Below are positions 37,401-51,653 of a DNA stretch of 64,000 nucleotides, piece by piece. The position numbers and the translations under genes were made by a program. Origin of the DNA: Chlorokybus atmophyticus (lineage: Eukaryota; Plantae; Mesostigma and Chlorokybus algae). Under the pieces are notes generated by a model, which was given only the letters and a program-made list of their open reading frames with translations, had not been told where the DNA came from and did no database searches. How positions within the stretch are numbered: the first letter of the stretch is position 1; each line of letters starts with the position of its first letter. The DNA is taken from NCBI GenBank assembly GCA_009103225.1, contig RHPI01003079.1, forward strand, positions 110,808 to 174,807. Reading direction: 5' to 3'.

Positions 37401-40288
37401 CCAACATGTAAGTATTACTGTATGGCACAGTGAATCGCACAACTTGTGCATTGAAGGTACAAGCGGGTGCAAACACTTGACGATTGAGATGATGCGACAT
37501 GTTTGTCCCATTGTTGACACAGGATTTCTACCCTGGTGCTGGCAAGTCTTGTGGGTTGCCAAGTGGTGTTTGGTGTGACGCCCGCGCTGCACTCACCTTT
37601 GATGTCCGTCACCAACGCCATATCCGGCATGACGGCTGTGGGCGGCCTTGTGCTCATGGGTGGAGGCCTGTATCCAAACAGCGTGCCCACAACCCTCGCA
37701 GCGATTGCTGTGTTGGTGTCTGCCATTAACATCTCCGGCGGGTACACACCTTGTGCACCTATAGTTGTTGCGGCATGGCAATTGCATTGTCAAGTTGCCT
37801 GCTCACGCGTACGCCTTGTTTGTGCAGATTTGTCATGACAAACCGCATGCTTGGCATGTTTCGGCGTCCCGGAGATGCTCCCGAGTACGCGTGGCTGTAC
37901 GCCGTTCCGGCTGCAGTGTTTGTCGGCCTGTTCTTGGCGGCCATCCGGGCCGGCCTCTCACACGTCACTCAGATGGCTCTTTTGGCGTCGTCCGTGTGCT
38001 GCATTGGAGGCATTGCCGGCCTCTCTGCGCAGGTGAGCTGTCACGCACACGCCGTCACCAGGTTGATTACTTGGTATTGTGTCCAGTACAAAACATCATA
38101 ACACAACTGACGATGTTGTGTGTCATGCAGAGTACTGCCCAGTATGGCAACGCCCTTGGCGTGTTGGGTGTAACGAGTGGACTCGCAGCCACACTCGGAT
38201 CGCTCACTGTACCTCGCGCTGTGTACACGCAAATGGGTGCTACTCTTGGCATAGGTAAGGATCTCAGCTTGTGTTTGAAAATGTTCTAATCGGTGTCTCA
38301 CTACAAACAACTTGTTGGTCAGGTACGCTGTTGGGCACGGCGATTGCCAACAAGGTTCAGGTCACCGAGCTCCCGCAGCTCGTCGCGGCCTTCCACTCTC
38401 TGGTGGGTCTGGCGGCGTGCGCCACCGGGATCGCCAGTTACATGATGGGCCACAACCTTGACGTGGTGCATAAGGTGTCCACCTACCTCGCAGCCATCAT
38501 CGGTGGTATTACCCTCACGGGGTCCATCGTCGCCTTCGGCAAGCTGCAGGTGACTATTCTTGCAGAAAAGACCTGTACATTGTCAACATGTCATGTTGAG
38601 ATGATCAAACACCTTGTGCAATTGCAGGGCATCATGTCCGGCAAGGCCCTGAAGCTCCCCGGAAAGAACCTCATCAACTTTGCGTTGGCGGCGGCTTGCG
38701 TGGCAGGCGGTGTCGGTTTGCTTGCGCAGACCACCACAGCAGCGGTTGGCCTGCGGCTGTTGACTGCAGCTACGGTTGTGTCAGGTAAGCATGCGAGGGG
38801 ATTCCAACACTCGCTTGTTGCACACACGTCAAGCCACACATCTGATGTACAACATTGGCATCAGGTATCCTTGGGTGGCACATGGCGGCGTCTGTTGGAG
38901 GTGCAGACATGCCTGTTGTGATCACACTGCTCAACAGTGCTAGTGGCTGGGCATTGGCAGCAGAGGGCTTTGTGCTTGGGTATGTGCAATGCAGTTGTTG
39001 CACACAGTAATGATCATGATTATGCTATGAAGTTCTGGGAGCTGAGCGCGTTTGGTTTGCAGCAACGATTTGTTGACTATTGTTGGAGCGCTGATTGGCT
39101 CGTCTGGAGCAATTCTGTCATGGATCATGTGCAAGGCCATGAACCGCACAATAGTGCAAGTGCTCGGCCTTGTTACCATAGCTCCCAAGATGAAGCCGGT
39201 AAACATCGGTTGGGCCTTGTCAGTGTGTGTGGTGGGAATGTTGTTTCAATACATATAACCTGGTTGATGTTTGCGCAACTGTGCAGGGTGCGGGCGTTGG
39301 GTACTGCACAATCACCGGCGAATGCACTGAGGCCGGTATCGAGGATGTTGTGAGTTATCTGACGCGCGCAAAGAAGGTCAGCCACGGACCAGACCACGTC
39401 ATCCAATGCACTTATAATTGTTGCATTCACGTTAAGATCGCCATATAGACGGATGCAACATAACAATGATGCACCGCGCAGGTTATCATCGTGCCCGGAT
39501 ACGGTCTTGCTGTGGCCAAGGCGCAGTATGCGCTCGCTGAGATGATTAAGCTTCTACAAGCGGACAAGGTGTGCGGCCGCTTCCTTTTATGTTTATGAGG
39601 GTTGCGACGGCTCCACTGCATGGTGACTTGTGTGCCCGCAGGTTGACGTCCAGCTGGCCATCCATCCTGTTGCTGGAAGGATGCCTGGCCAGCTCAACGT
39701 GCTTCTGGCTGAGGCCGGCATTCCGGTGCGCTGCACTCTATGATGTGGCACAATGTGTTGTCATGGTGTGTGTGCTGGTTTGTATTATGGACACTTGTGT
39801 GCGTGTGCAGTATGACATTGTGAAGGAGATGGAAGAGATCAACGACGAGTTCGACCATGCGGACGTGGCGCTTGTGATTGGCGCCAATGATACTGTCAAC
39901 AGCGCTGCTGAGGATGACCCCAACTCTCCCATAGCTGGCATGCCCGTGCTTCGAGTTTGGAAGGCAAAGACGGTAAGACAGGATTTACTCGCTACAGTCC
40001 CATAGTTGTTGGGACTTGATGAGCTCACCGCGTGTCTTCGCCAGGCGGTGGTTCTGAAGCGCAGCCTGGGTGCGGGTTATGCTGACATTGACAATCCAGT
40101 CTTCTACAACGAAAACACAAGGGTATGACAACACGAGGACTTAAGTGGTGCTCTGTTTCAACTGCTCTCTTGATGCCATAACAATTCGATCTGTTCTGCA
40201 GATGCTTCTCGGTGATGCACGGTGTAATTGTGAAGACTTGAGGGATAAGCTGCGGGATGTGTACAATGGAGTCTGCATATTGGACTGA
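34500..40288 (+). CDS. NNT: Proton-translocating NAD(P) transhydrogenase, fused alpha-beta (dI-dII-dIII), about 21 exons
   Basis: GERRVAATP; [14 protein letters not shown]; [15 protein letters not shown]; [13 protein letters not shown]; [18 protein letters not shown]; [16 protein letters not shown]; [14 protein letters not shown]; [15 protein letters not shown]; [19 protein letters not shown]; VIGANDTVN; [16 protein letters not shown]; stop at 40286-40288. Confidence 0.95.
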
Positions 40289-41540
40289 CGTCATGACAAC
40301 GTCAAGGGCAACTCTGGCTCGTAGTATGGCAAGAGTTGGTTGTAGAATAGAATAACCCAACCCAACAACACATAAGCGTCGCCAGCGTTATGCTGCGACA
40401 TAAGCTATGTAGTGCAAAATGCCATAAGCAAGGAGCACCCATTCCAGCAGCCATACCGGAGAGAGCATGGTATTTTCTCACAGCTGCCTGTTTTACCCCT
40501 TGTGTAAGCAAAGGGGCATGCATGCAGCTGTGGGTATGACAAGCACTCACCAACCAGCCAACCAACCCAAGCATAGCATTGTTTGTGGCCATGAGGTGTC
40601 ACAAGTAGGGCGAGTACTTCCGATGTGGCGGAACAGGCACACAACAAGCATCAGTGACAAATATGTCAGCAAGTTAAATGCAGACATTGATTGCTTAGAC
40701 GCATTGTCCTTGCCTATGCATAGGGTATTCATCTCTTTCGTAATTGCATTAACTGCATCAACTTACACACCTTGGTGTATGGATGTATAATGCAATGTAT
40801 GTGTAAAGCAAATAAATGCAACAAAGCAATGCACACGCAAGCACACACACGCAAGCAAGTAGTCACAGCTAGGACAATAGCAGTACAAAGACAAAGATTT
40901 GGGGGGCCCCAGAGCAGTGCTAGACTTCTAAGACCTCAAACTCTTACACCCTATACATTCCCTCTTGCATCTTTTGTTCACAACCATGGGGTAGGATGGA
41001 GTGAGAAGGAATGCAGCAAGGAGGGGGGATATATCTGTGCGCTTGATACGCAGCAACAGCAACAGCAAGGAGACAATGTATCCTGCAAGTTTGCTGATCA
41101 AGCTTGTCTTATGTTCATTGACTTGAATGAATCATACTGTTATGCTAGCAAAGACGCTTTGTGTCCTGTTTTTCATAAAGCCGGCTGTAGTAGTGCATGC
41201 CAACCCAACAATAGTTAGCTGAATATTTCCAGTCTCATCCAAACCTCGCATGGCCATGCAAGAATTACATCTATCTCAATTGCCAAGCCCACCTGCAGTG
41301 TGTCGCTAAACTCGTTCCCCACAAAGTGAAATCACCAGCTCGCTACCAACCTCTACTCGTGTTCAAAGCAATTTGTCAATCTGTCAGATCTGTTGGCATT
41401 GCTTGTAACCAACTCCAATGAAAGCTAATGTACAAAGGCTGCTCTAAGCTTGCGTTACTCTCCATCATCTCCAGCGGGGCTTATTCATTGCTCATGACCC
41501 AACATAACCCAACATGAGCCGACAATTCTTCTCCCCAACT

Positions 41541-44500
41541 CTACCTTTGTTGGAACTCCCGCATCAGGCCGACGGCGCGCACGGATTGTATGGCCAAAAA
41601 GAGGAGTAAAACCAGAATGGCAGCCAGCAGATACGTGTCGAGCGTAATGCCGCGGCTTTGAACTGGTGTGGTGGCGTAGTTGTTATTGTTGTTTTGAGGT
41701 TGGAATGATGATGTCGACTTGGTGTCTGTTATTGTGTCGGAGGGTGCGGACGCATCGTTGCCGGAGGCGTGTGCGGCACCGGCTGACTTGGCCTCTTTTG
41801 CAGCCATTTGCCTCACAATCTGCGCAAAATGAATGTCATGAGAGTTATGTTAAAACCAACACACGCACATGACATACCACAGATGAGTGTAAGATGATAC
41901 TTCAACCATCATTATGGCTCAAGCATTCGCACGTAGCCACATGCTCAAATGTATGGATACATACACTTGCAATGGCATGTATACACATACACACACGTGC
42001 AGATGCGTGAACATACGCAAGAGTACATGTGGATGTGTGTGCTCGTGCAGTCTCATGTCTCATGTGTCATGACGAATGAACAACAACTACATGGCACGGT
42101 TTTCTTACGTCCATGAAGTTCTTGTTGGCCGTAACGACTCCGTCCTGGCTCCCCTTTTTGATCATGGACTTGACCATGGGGCTCTTCACGAAGAACACCT
42201 CCATGGTGATGCGCAGCCGGGAGGTCTTGGGCGTCTTGTACTGTATCACATACTGCACGCACACACGCACACACACACACATACATGTGTGAGTGATGGC
42301 GCATGTGTCAAGTGATGTGAGGTTGGTGTGACCAATCGTCACTCGCCTGCATGTGGATGTAGAAGCTGCTGCCGTACGGCATGTGCGGCGTGTCCACGCG
42401 CAAGTCGACCACCGTGCCACCCTTCTCGTGAACAAGCATCGTGTACGTCTCAAACACCTGCACAACAAACCACACTTCACCCTCGTACAAGTCTACATCA
42501 CAATACACGCGCGCGCGCATGTGTTCGTGTACGTGCACGTGCGCATGCATACACACCCATGTGCACACACGCACACATACGCATGTGGGCATGTGCATCT
42601 ATGCATGTATCAGACTAACGTTGTATGGATGTGCAGAACATCGACACAACGTCAATATGCTAGCCCACACCCACATCACCTCCCCACCTGCGCTTCTTTG
42701 GGCGCCATGGGTGCGTTCACCGGCATTATGAACTGGTTCTTCCTGACCATCTGTCCCTTCTCGTCCCTCACCCACGGTTTGGTCACGACCTCGCGTCGCT
42801 GCTGGCGCTCGTTGTAGGCCTCCATCACGGGGGAGACGGAGCCAAAGATCAGGCGGTGGAGGGACTTGGAGGGGACCTGGGATGTGCGGATGTGTGTGTG
42901 TGGGTGGGTGGGTGTGGGTGCGAATTGGTTTTGCTGTGCGGGTGCAGTATTCCGACGTTATTTTCGACGCATGCGTGTGTCATGTATGTGCACGCGCGCG
43001 CACGCATGCGCTGGTGTGTACGTGTGTCATGTGGTGTGATAACGAGCTTCACAGTGTTGACACTCACTGGCAGTTCTTCGTCTGCGAGGGCGACTTCGAG
43101 TGGTTCCGGCACGGAGATCGGCGCGGGCGGGGGCTCGTTGTCTTCGGCCTCGCCCGCGGCGCCGGCCTCGCCGGTCTGCTCCGACGCATCGTCCTCCTCT
43201 TCGACCGGAGAGACCTATACAAACACAACAAAAAGCAAAATGTGTGTCTGATGCCATGCTCCGTGACAGATACAACCACACAAGCACGAAGACAGGACAA
43301 CAAGCACAAGCAGGTACATGCGCAGGCAATGCACGACCCACACACGAGTGCACGCGGGCGTACACGGCTGCGTGCATGCGGGGAATGCACGTGGACCAAC
43401 ACCTGGTTGCGCACATAAGCACGCCCACGCACGCACGCACGCTTGCAGGCATATGCCATGATGTGTACACGTTACCTTGGGTGGCGGCAGCAGTTTGAGC
43501 GACACGAGCAGTTCCCCTAACGGTCTGATCTCCTTGTCGTGCCCTGACTTGCTGTTGAGGTGGCGCACAGAAGTCAGCGCCTTCTTAAGCACGTTCTTCT
43601 TCGCCATCGTCGCGACCTCCTGATTAACGCCACAGTTGTTGTATGGTTGACACCGTGCGGGCTCGTCACGTGTGTGTGTGTGTCGTGCTTACCAGGATGA
43701 GCCACCTGGCGTCGATGTCGAGGTTCTCCGCATCGTTGTTCCCCATCAAGTCGCCCGACAAGTCCGACGGGCTCTGCGGATCAACGGCAACAACAGTCAC
43801 AACATGGCAACAACATACTTGTTTCACGCGCACACCTGCGCAAACATGCTGACACACTCGCAATAGCACACGTGCGCATGCGTATGCGTACGTGTGCTAG
43901 CATGTGCTTTGCGACGATACACACCCAACACACCCTCTCATCCACATACTCGCAGCGTGTGTGGCGTCTGCTCCTTCTTCTCCTCTTTGCCCTCCTCCCC
44001 ACTCTCCCCACCCTCTTCATCCTTGTTGTTGTTGTTGTTGTCCTCCCCGTCCTGAGTACTCGTATCTGCGCTGGGATCGACGACGCGCACCTTCGACATC
44101 GGCACCTTGGCCTGACCGATGAAGTCGTCGCGGGACTTGCGGTCGAAATCCCACACTTTGAACTTCACGAACTCGGGGTTGCCCTCGATCTGAGCGTGTG
44201 GGAAGAGAGAATGTTGCATATTTGATTCAAAGAGAGTGAACGTTCGTGCATCTGTGTGATGAGGGGCTTGCCTCGATGTTGAAGGTTTGGTCCCATTTTG
44301 GATTGAGGTTCTTCGTGACGATTTCGGTCTTGAAGGACTGATTTCCGACACGGATGTCCACGTACCTGTAACAAAGAGCACGGTGTTCATGAGTGGTTTG
44401 ATGGTGGTTCTGTGACGCAACCATTGCATGCAACCACCACGCAATGCTTCACGTGGTGATGAAAGGCAAAAGACTTACGGGTCGCTGAAGCCGTCGCTGT

Positions 44501-47048
44501 CCATGGCCTGTTTCACACACAAACACGCAATGTTGCATGAGTCCACGGAAGAAGAACAACACACGCACATTCTCTTGATGGTGTTGTTTGGGTGTGTTTG
44601 TGAAGAAACAGTGGCGGCAAAAAGAGCCATGCATGCTTAATTTCATCTACACCACACTCACTGGGAGGTTGCGGGCCTCAATCACGTGCACTTGCAGCGT
44701 CCACCCATTAAGATCGCTCGGCCTGTCACCCTGCCAATCAATTGAGGTTCAACATGCATCTCATGCAACTGTGTGTATGTGTGTTTTCTCCCCTTCTTCC
44801 TCACCAGTTCGGCGGCCTCTGCGATGGCTGTATTCTCCAGGTTGGGCACCTCCATGTCCTGAACGAGAGGGTGACGCAGTGAGGGGGATAAGATGTTGCT
44901 GGAGGCAATAAGACTGTGTGGACAACAGCAACATGACACAAGCGTTGCATGCATACAAGAGAGAATGGCATGCAACCGCTTAGCAACGCACCTCCCCGCC
45001 ACCGTACAAAAAGGTGTGGCTGATACAGAGTTCCCCACTCACCTGCACACACAAACAATCACACAAAACTCAACAACACGCACAACAAGCAGGCCTGCAT
45101 GTCTCCACACAAGTACACATGCTCCCCCCCACACCCACATTCGGTGTGATTCCTACGCTTGTGCATGCCGAGTTTAGTACGCTGTTTTGCTGTGCATGCT
45201 TGTGCTTTGCATTACACATCCCCCCTCACCGTGCTGGTCTCGCTCCTCTTCCCCAATGTATACCACCTCTTGACATTCTCCCCTTTACTCTGCTCCACGA
45301 GAAGTGCAGATAACGGCATCGTCACCCTCCCCAAGAAATCATTACTCACTCCCCTGTCGTAGTCCCACACGTTCACCTCGATCTCCTCCGTGATCACGTC
45401 TCTCACTGATAACAGGACCTCGTGCTCCCAGACGGGGAAGAGGGACTTGTAGATGATGGGGGACTTGGAACGCTGGGAACCCAGGGAGATCGTCACGTAC
45501 CTGGGAGGTGTGCGTGTGTGTGTGTACTTGCATGAGTGTGTGATGAGTGTTTGAGTCTGTGCATGAACCATGCGTGCGTGGGTGTGCATCTGCCGTGTGT
45601 GTGCCTGTATGAGGGCGTGCATCCATGCATGCATGCATGCGTGTGCATGTATGCTGCTGCTTGCATGCACACTGATATGGATGCATGTTGAGAGATACAG
45701 TGAGGGACGACTGTTGATGCACTGTGTGGCTTACGGGTCGGAGTAGCCGTTGGCGTCTTTGGCTGTGAGGTTGCGTGCCTCGTGGATGCACAGGCGCACG
45801 TAGCGCACCTGCTGGTTCAGCGCCGATGCAGGGGCTGCACAAAGATGGCAAGAGAGATTAAGCCACTCAATGTCACGTGGTAATGTCATTGGTAAAACAG
45901 ACACATGCAAGTTGAAACACACACATGCATGCGGGGACGCACATCCTGCAGACTCACAGATGCACATGCAGTAGAACAACCGTAACCACTTGCACACATG
46001 GTAACCAACCACCACCTACTTGTGGGTGCCGTGCCAAATGTGGGCGTTGCCGGCAAGTTGGACATGCTCGACATGGCCGACATGCTGCTTGGAAAGCCCG
46101 ACACACTCGACAATGCCGTGGGCATAGCCACGCTCGACACGCTCGGCATGGGCACTGGCGTAGGTACACTCCTTTGACTCGACATCAACAACGACGGTGA
46201 TGTTCCCATTGAAGGTGTGGGCGGGAGAGTCACAACGGGAAATACTGCTGCGCCTGAGACGGGTCTCTCGGGTCCCAACCCGAGCACGATTGGGGGGGAG
46301 TCAGCGTGCATCACCATGGTGGTTGTGGATGTTGTTGGGGGTGTGGGGGACAGTGTTGTTGCGGGGGATGTAATTGTTGTGGGGGACATTGTTGTTGTGG
46401 ATGTGGGAGTGGGTGGTGTTGGTGATACGGCTGTTGGGGTGGATGGCTGCGAGCCGGATCTGGAGCCACGGGGGCTACTGGAGGCCTTGTGGGGGAGGTG
46501 GTCCTTGACCCAACCCATGCCCCAACCGTCTGCACACGTGTAGGTGTGGGTATGTATGTGTGTGTATGTGTGTATGCGTGTATCTGTGCATATATCTCGT
46601 GTTTGGCTGAGGGGTGGTGGTAACGCATATACAACTACAACATTTGTGCGTGGTGCATGCGAAGAGGTACTTGCAATCCTGGACTGGGTTGCATGTGAGA
46701 CAGGTGTAATTTACGCGCACGCAAGCATGATAGCATATTCGTGCAGTACGGGCAAGAGAGTCTTGCCCAGGGTGCTTAAGTCCTAAGTCCTCACGTCACA
46801 GGCGGACAACAGGTTGTGTGATGTAACTCTGCCAGCCTGGTGCATACAAAGCCAAAAGGCTACAACGCCAGCCACCACCATCGCCGGCAGTAAAGAGAAA
46901 AACCACCACCACCACCACCACCACCACCACCACTACCACCACCACATCAACAACAACAACAACAACACCAATCACACAGCTTACGCTTGTCCTTGTGCTC
47001 TTTACTTGGGCTGACAGGCTGCGGGTCTACTGCCGCCGCTGCCGACAT
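41541..47048 (-). CDS. Tandem C2-domain protein with a probable VASt (StART-like) domain and C-terminal TM helix
   Basis: C2A: VRLCIHEARNLTAKDANGYSDPYV...VWDYDRGVSNDFLG; C2B: VHVIEARNL..MDSDGFSDPYV...VWDFDRKSRDDFIG; VASt-like DTPHMPYGSSFYIHMQYVI...LRITMEVFFVKSPMVKSMIKKGS; TM YLLAAILVLLLFLAI. Ser/Thr/Pro-rich N-terminus. Last exon may extend to about 41450. Confidence 0.75.
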
Positions 47049-47150
47049 GTACCTCAACCCCTGCCCTTCTACCTACCCTCCTTGCCCTCCTCCTCCTCCT
47101 CCTCCTCCTCCTCGTTGTCCTCCTCCTCCTCGTTGTCCTCCTCCTCCCCC
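46905..47150. repeat. Microsatellites (CAC)n(AAC)n in intron 1 and (GAG)n in the 5' leader of the C2 gene
   Basis: Directly visible at ~46905-46966 and ~47086-47146. Confidence 0.8.
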
Positions 47151-48514
47151 TTGTCGCCGCCCAAACCGGATGCTGAATTATTGTGCCTGTCACGTCATCA
47201 TCTGGTACGTCAAGGTGGAGGGGTTGCCCGTTACGTGTTCCGAGTCACGCCTAGTCAAAGGCCCGTAATCTCGGTTAGCTACCACCTCCGGGCTCAACCA
47301 GCACTCGGTTAGGCTGACATTTTACATGCTGAGTTGCCTGTGAGTGTCGCGCTTTGCGTTGCGGCCCCGAGCATGTCTCTGCGGCTTCTACGGCGTTAGT
47401 TGACCTCCTCTGGTTAAGAACTCTTCGAGTTTTAGTGGTCAACGACGAGCGTGCAGGTCACCAGCCAGTAACCGCCCAATCTGGCCATCTCACCGGACAA
47501 GCTTTGTGAAGGTATTGCATGATGATGGCCTTGTGCCAACTACATCAGGGCCGATTGTGGGCGGTTGAAGTACTTGGCACCGCCGGACAGATTGTGCGAG
47601 ATCCGAGATTAGCAGCACGGAAGGAGGGCATCAAGGAAGGTTGCTTCCGCCAAGCAAGGAAGAAGCGGAGGAAGGCAGGGCGCTGACAGCCAGATAGAGA
47701 CGGAAGCTCAGAGATCTGACAACAGGCATGTGCCGTACAGAGTCCATTTCAAGATCGTCGGTGGTCGGTGCTGTAAACATGATGACGTTCGTCTGTTTGT
47801 GGGTGTCAGGTCGGCAGCCCGGCCCAGCCTGTCCACGCTGGCAACTCCGCTCTCTCGTCCCTTGAAACAACCAGAAGCCGGTGTCAGACAGCCCGCCTCG
47901 TCGTCACTCATGCCAACCCACCGGACAACGCACCTCGAACCGGTCACTTTGACCGCAACTCGGTACTGGCATGCACGGTTGCGTTTGAGTTAAAGCAATG
48001 ACATGTGATGTCATAGGGTGCTCATGACTGGTTGTTGGGAGGTGACAGCACACGCGGCTCGACTAGAGGACAAGCTCTGCCCTACTAGCAAGAGTTGGTT
48101 TCGATGCAGCCGCCGTTAACAGTGAACCACCTCTGTTCGCGTTAACGCTGATAACGGCATCATTGCTCTAGCAGCAATCAAGATATTTACGTTGATGCGA
48201 TGACATCTAGTTTATGTACACCGTTGGCAGTTCAATGTTAACTGAGAGTAGGGCCCAGTTCGCGCTGCTGGCGTCTTGACGTCGTACGGTTACTTCAACT
48301 GAGCAGACGCCCACTTTGGTACTCAATATACGCCTCAACCCTAGATATCCTACTCTCTACCGCGTAGACTGCGCGATATAGAATGGTCTCCGTTAGACTC
48401 ATCAGCGGTTAGCGGGCCTAAATTGGAGGGCCTGCACACACCAGCGGCGGCGTCAGCATAGGCCTACGCGTAGGCATAGGCCCAGGCGGCGGCGTGACCC
48501 TGGTCAGGGACGCC

Positions 48515-51500
48515 ATGGGTGTCAAGGGCGCCGGCTTCTCTGGGTCGGATGCCATCGTCCTGTCCGTCTTACTGGTAGCGGCGCTGATTGGGTTGGCTGG
48601 CTTCAGCCTCAGAGGATCTCCTCAATTGGTGAGGAGAGGTGGACCACCCTGGCCTGGCTTAATTTAGCCTGGTTTGGTGTGGTTGGTAGTGATCAACCAG
48701 AACCAGTCAATTGAGTACACATCTGTGCATACCTCTGCAAGAACTATTGTGATAATCAGTAGTCCGCGTTGTTGCTTGTTATCAATGATGTATCACCACG
48801 CAGAGTCAAGGGCGTGTGGGCATCTGGAGCGTGTACCCACTCTCTCTCCTTTTACCAACACTAACACCGACACAACAACCCACGTCAGCAGCACACCAAA
48901 CACCAACATCAACATGTGGGCTCCTCCCCTTCGCGGACTTCTCCATCATCAGCTCGCGCGTGGTCCTACCTGGCGGGATCATCACTCCAGCCCAAAGCAA
49001 GTGTCATCTCATCACTGATTCTGTTACCCAACCCCACACTCACACATACACACATACTCACACGCACACATGTCCACAGTCTTCGTGAGGGATGGCAAGA
49101 TTGCCGCCATCGAGAAACTTGAAGCCAACGCCACCGCGGGCTGGGATGCTTCCGAGCGCGTGTTGGACTATGGGGACGCTGTTGTAATGCCGGGACTGAT
49201 TGACGTGTAAGTGGATGTGTAGGTGTTGATGGTGAGTTGGTTGTTGTGTTGATGTGGTTGTGTGTGTGTGTGCACCAGGCATGCGCATATGAATGATCCC
49301 GGGAGGTTGGAGTGGGAGGGGTTTGAGACGGGGACCATGGCTGCCGCAGCGGGTGTGTTGTTGTTGTTGTTGGTGGTGGTGATGGTGGTGGAGGTGGTGG
49401 GTGCTGGTGCAAGGTGGTTGATAGAAGTGACTGTATGCCAGGGGGGTTTTCGACCATTGTGGACATGCCGCTGAACAGTGTGCCGGTCACCACTACGCCG
49501 GAAGCCTTCCAACTCAAGGTAGTGCATGTGGTTGGGCGTATGCGTGTGCATGTGTCACACATCGTGCCCATGTGGGTGCGGGTGCCTGTGTATATTTATT
49601 TCTTTTGTTGCTGCACTCTCATCCCGTCTCTCTTTGTTCCTGCCCAGTTGGACGCTGCCAAGGGCAACATCTACGTCGATACAGGTACAGCACACGCATG
49701 CACGCGCGCACACCCACACCCACACCCACACCCACACCCACACACCCACACTCTATCCCGCGCAGGTTTCTGGGGCGGTCTTGTCCCCGACAACGCAGAG
49801 AATGCCACGCTGCTCGAGTCCCTCCTCCAAGCAGGCGTGCTCGGCCTCAAGGTACGGCATGAGTGTGCGCATGCCGCGTGCGCGTGTGTCTGCGCACGTT
49901 CGCGTGGGTGAGGGTGTGCTGTAGCTGTAGGTGTGGCGGCAGTGTTTGCATCCAATCGCATGCTGCGTTGCCTGTGTTGTGACTCACTGTTGCAATGCAG
50001 TCGTTCATGGTCTCGTCCGGCATCAATGACTTCCCCGCCACCACCGAGCACCACATTGCGGTATTGTACGCACTACATATGCACACAAGACACGGGCGCA
50101 TGTGCGCGTGCGCCCGTTTGCATGCATTCTGTCTAAGGGACTCACTTATTGTGTTGCACAAAACAGGCGGCGTTGCCTCTGCTGAGCAAATACAACATGC
50201 CAATACTTGTGCACGCGGAGCAGATCCCTACCGCCATTGAAGACGCAAGTAAGTACGCAGTTCATGATGAGAGACCTTGCTCAAAACAATTTGAGGCACG
50301 GACCATGATGAACCATCTCTTGTTACCTGTAACAGATGCAACGGAAGCCGGGTTTGGTATCCTTCCTGACGAGTTCAGCGCCAGTGGCGACCCCGCAGAG
50401 TACTCGACGTACCTCAAAGAAAGACCCGCGCAGTGGTACGGCGAGTAGAGAGTATGCTCATGCTTGCGCGTGCGGGCGCGTGTGTGTGCACGTTCTTGTG
50501 AATGCTTTTGTTTGTCTTCACACACACAATCTGCAACAGGGAGAAGAAGGCCGTGCATGGGCTGCTGCACGTTGCTCTGGACGCCAAGCAGAAAGGCATT
50601 GTTGACAGCAATAACAACGGAGGGCGCATCCACATTGTGCATCTTGCCGACTCGGAGTGCGTGGCACCTCTCAAGGTAGCCAGTAGTACCAGTGGCCTGA
50701 TGGTAATGTAGACAACATCACATGGTGGGTGTGGCTTGTGACGCGTGTGACATGCGTGTAATGTGTATTCACGTGCAGGAAGCGCGTGAGGCGGGTGCGA
50801 AGATTTCGGCGGAGACGTGCCCGCACTATCTGTTCTTCAGCGCCGAGAACGTCGAGCGCGGCAACACGCTCCTCAAGTGCGCGCCGCCTATCCGCAATAA
50901 CGCCAACCGCCTCCGCCTATGGGACGCCCTCCAGGCAAGGGACAGATGTGTGTGCGTGCCTGCTTGTGCGTGGGTGTACGCGTTGTTGTGGATGTGTGTG
51001 CGCCCACACCCACACAAATACGCATGCACGCTGGTGCGTGCATGTGTTCGTTGGTATGTCTATCAGTGTTTGTATTGCGTGTGTGTCACTCGCTGAACAG
51101 ACATTTTCTTCTTTATCATCAGGATGGTGTCATTGAGCTCCTTTCCTCCGACCACTCCCCTTCCTCACCCGATCTGAAGCTCCTCGACTCGGGGGACTTT
51201 GTTCATGCGTGGGGTGGAGTCAGCTCGCTGCAAGTGTGCCTCAGCGCCACATGGACAGCCGCAAGGTGAGATAACAACCTGAATGACCTCATCACAGATG
51301 CGTATCAGTGTCAGTAATAACATGTATATGTGTGTAGGGAGAGGGGTGCAGATGATATTGCGCTCATGGCTGAGTGGTGGGCCCGTGCACCTGCCGCTTT
51401 GGCGGGTTTATCGAGCAAAGGCGAGTTAAAGGTTGGCAACGATGCGGATTTCGCCATTTGGCATCCTGAGAGAGAGTTCAAGGTTGTTGAAGAGGCGTAC

Positions 51501-51653
51501 TATCACAAGCACAAGACCACACCTTACTTGGGGAAGAGCTTATATGGCGTGGTCAACTCCACGTTCGTGCGAGGACAGCTCGTGTATGCGATTGGGAAAG
51601 GCCACTCGAGCATGCGGTGTGGGAATGCGTTGTTGAGTTACGATCGCGCATGA
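48515..51653 (+). CDS. ALN: Allantoinase with an N-terminal signal/anchor peptide, multi-exon
   Basis: [34 protein letters not shown]; [11 protein letters not shown]; FWGGLVPDN; GVLGLKSFM; LVHAE; IHIVHLAD; AETCPHYL; KCAPPIR; SSDHSP; AWGGVSSLQ; hydrophobic N-terminus like ER-targeted plant allantoinase. Confidence 0.93.
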
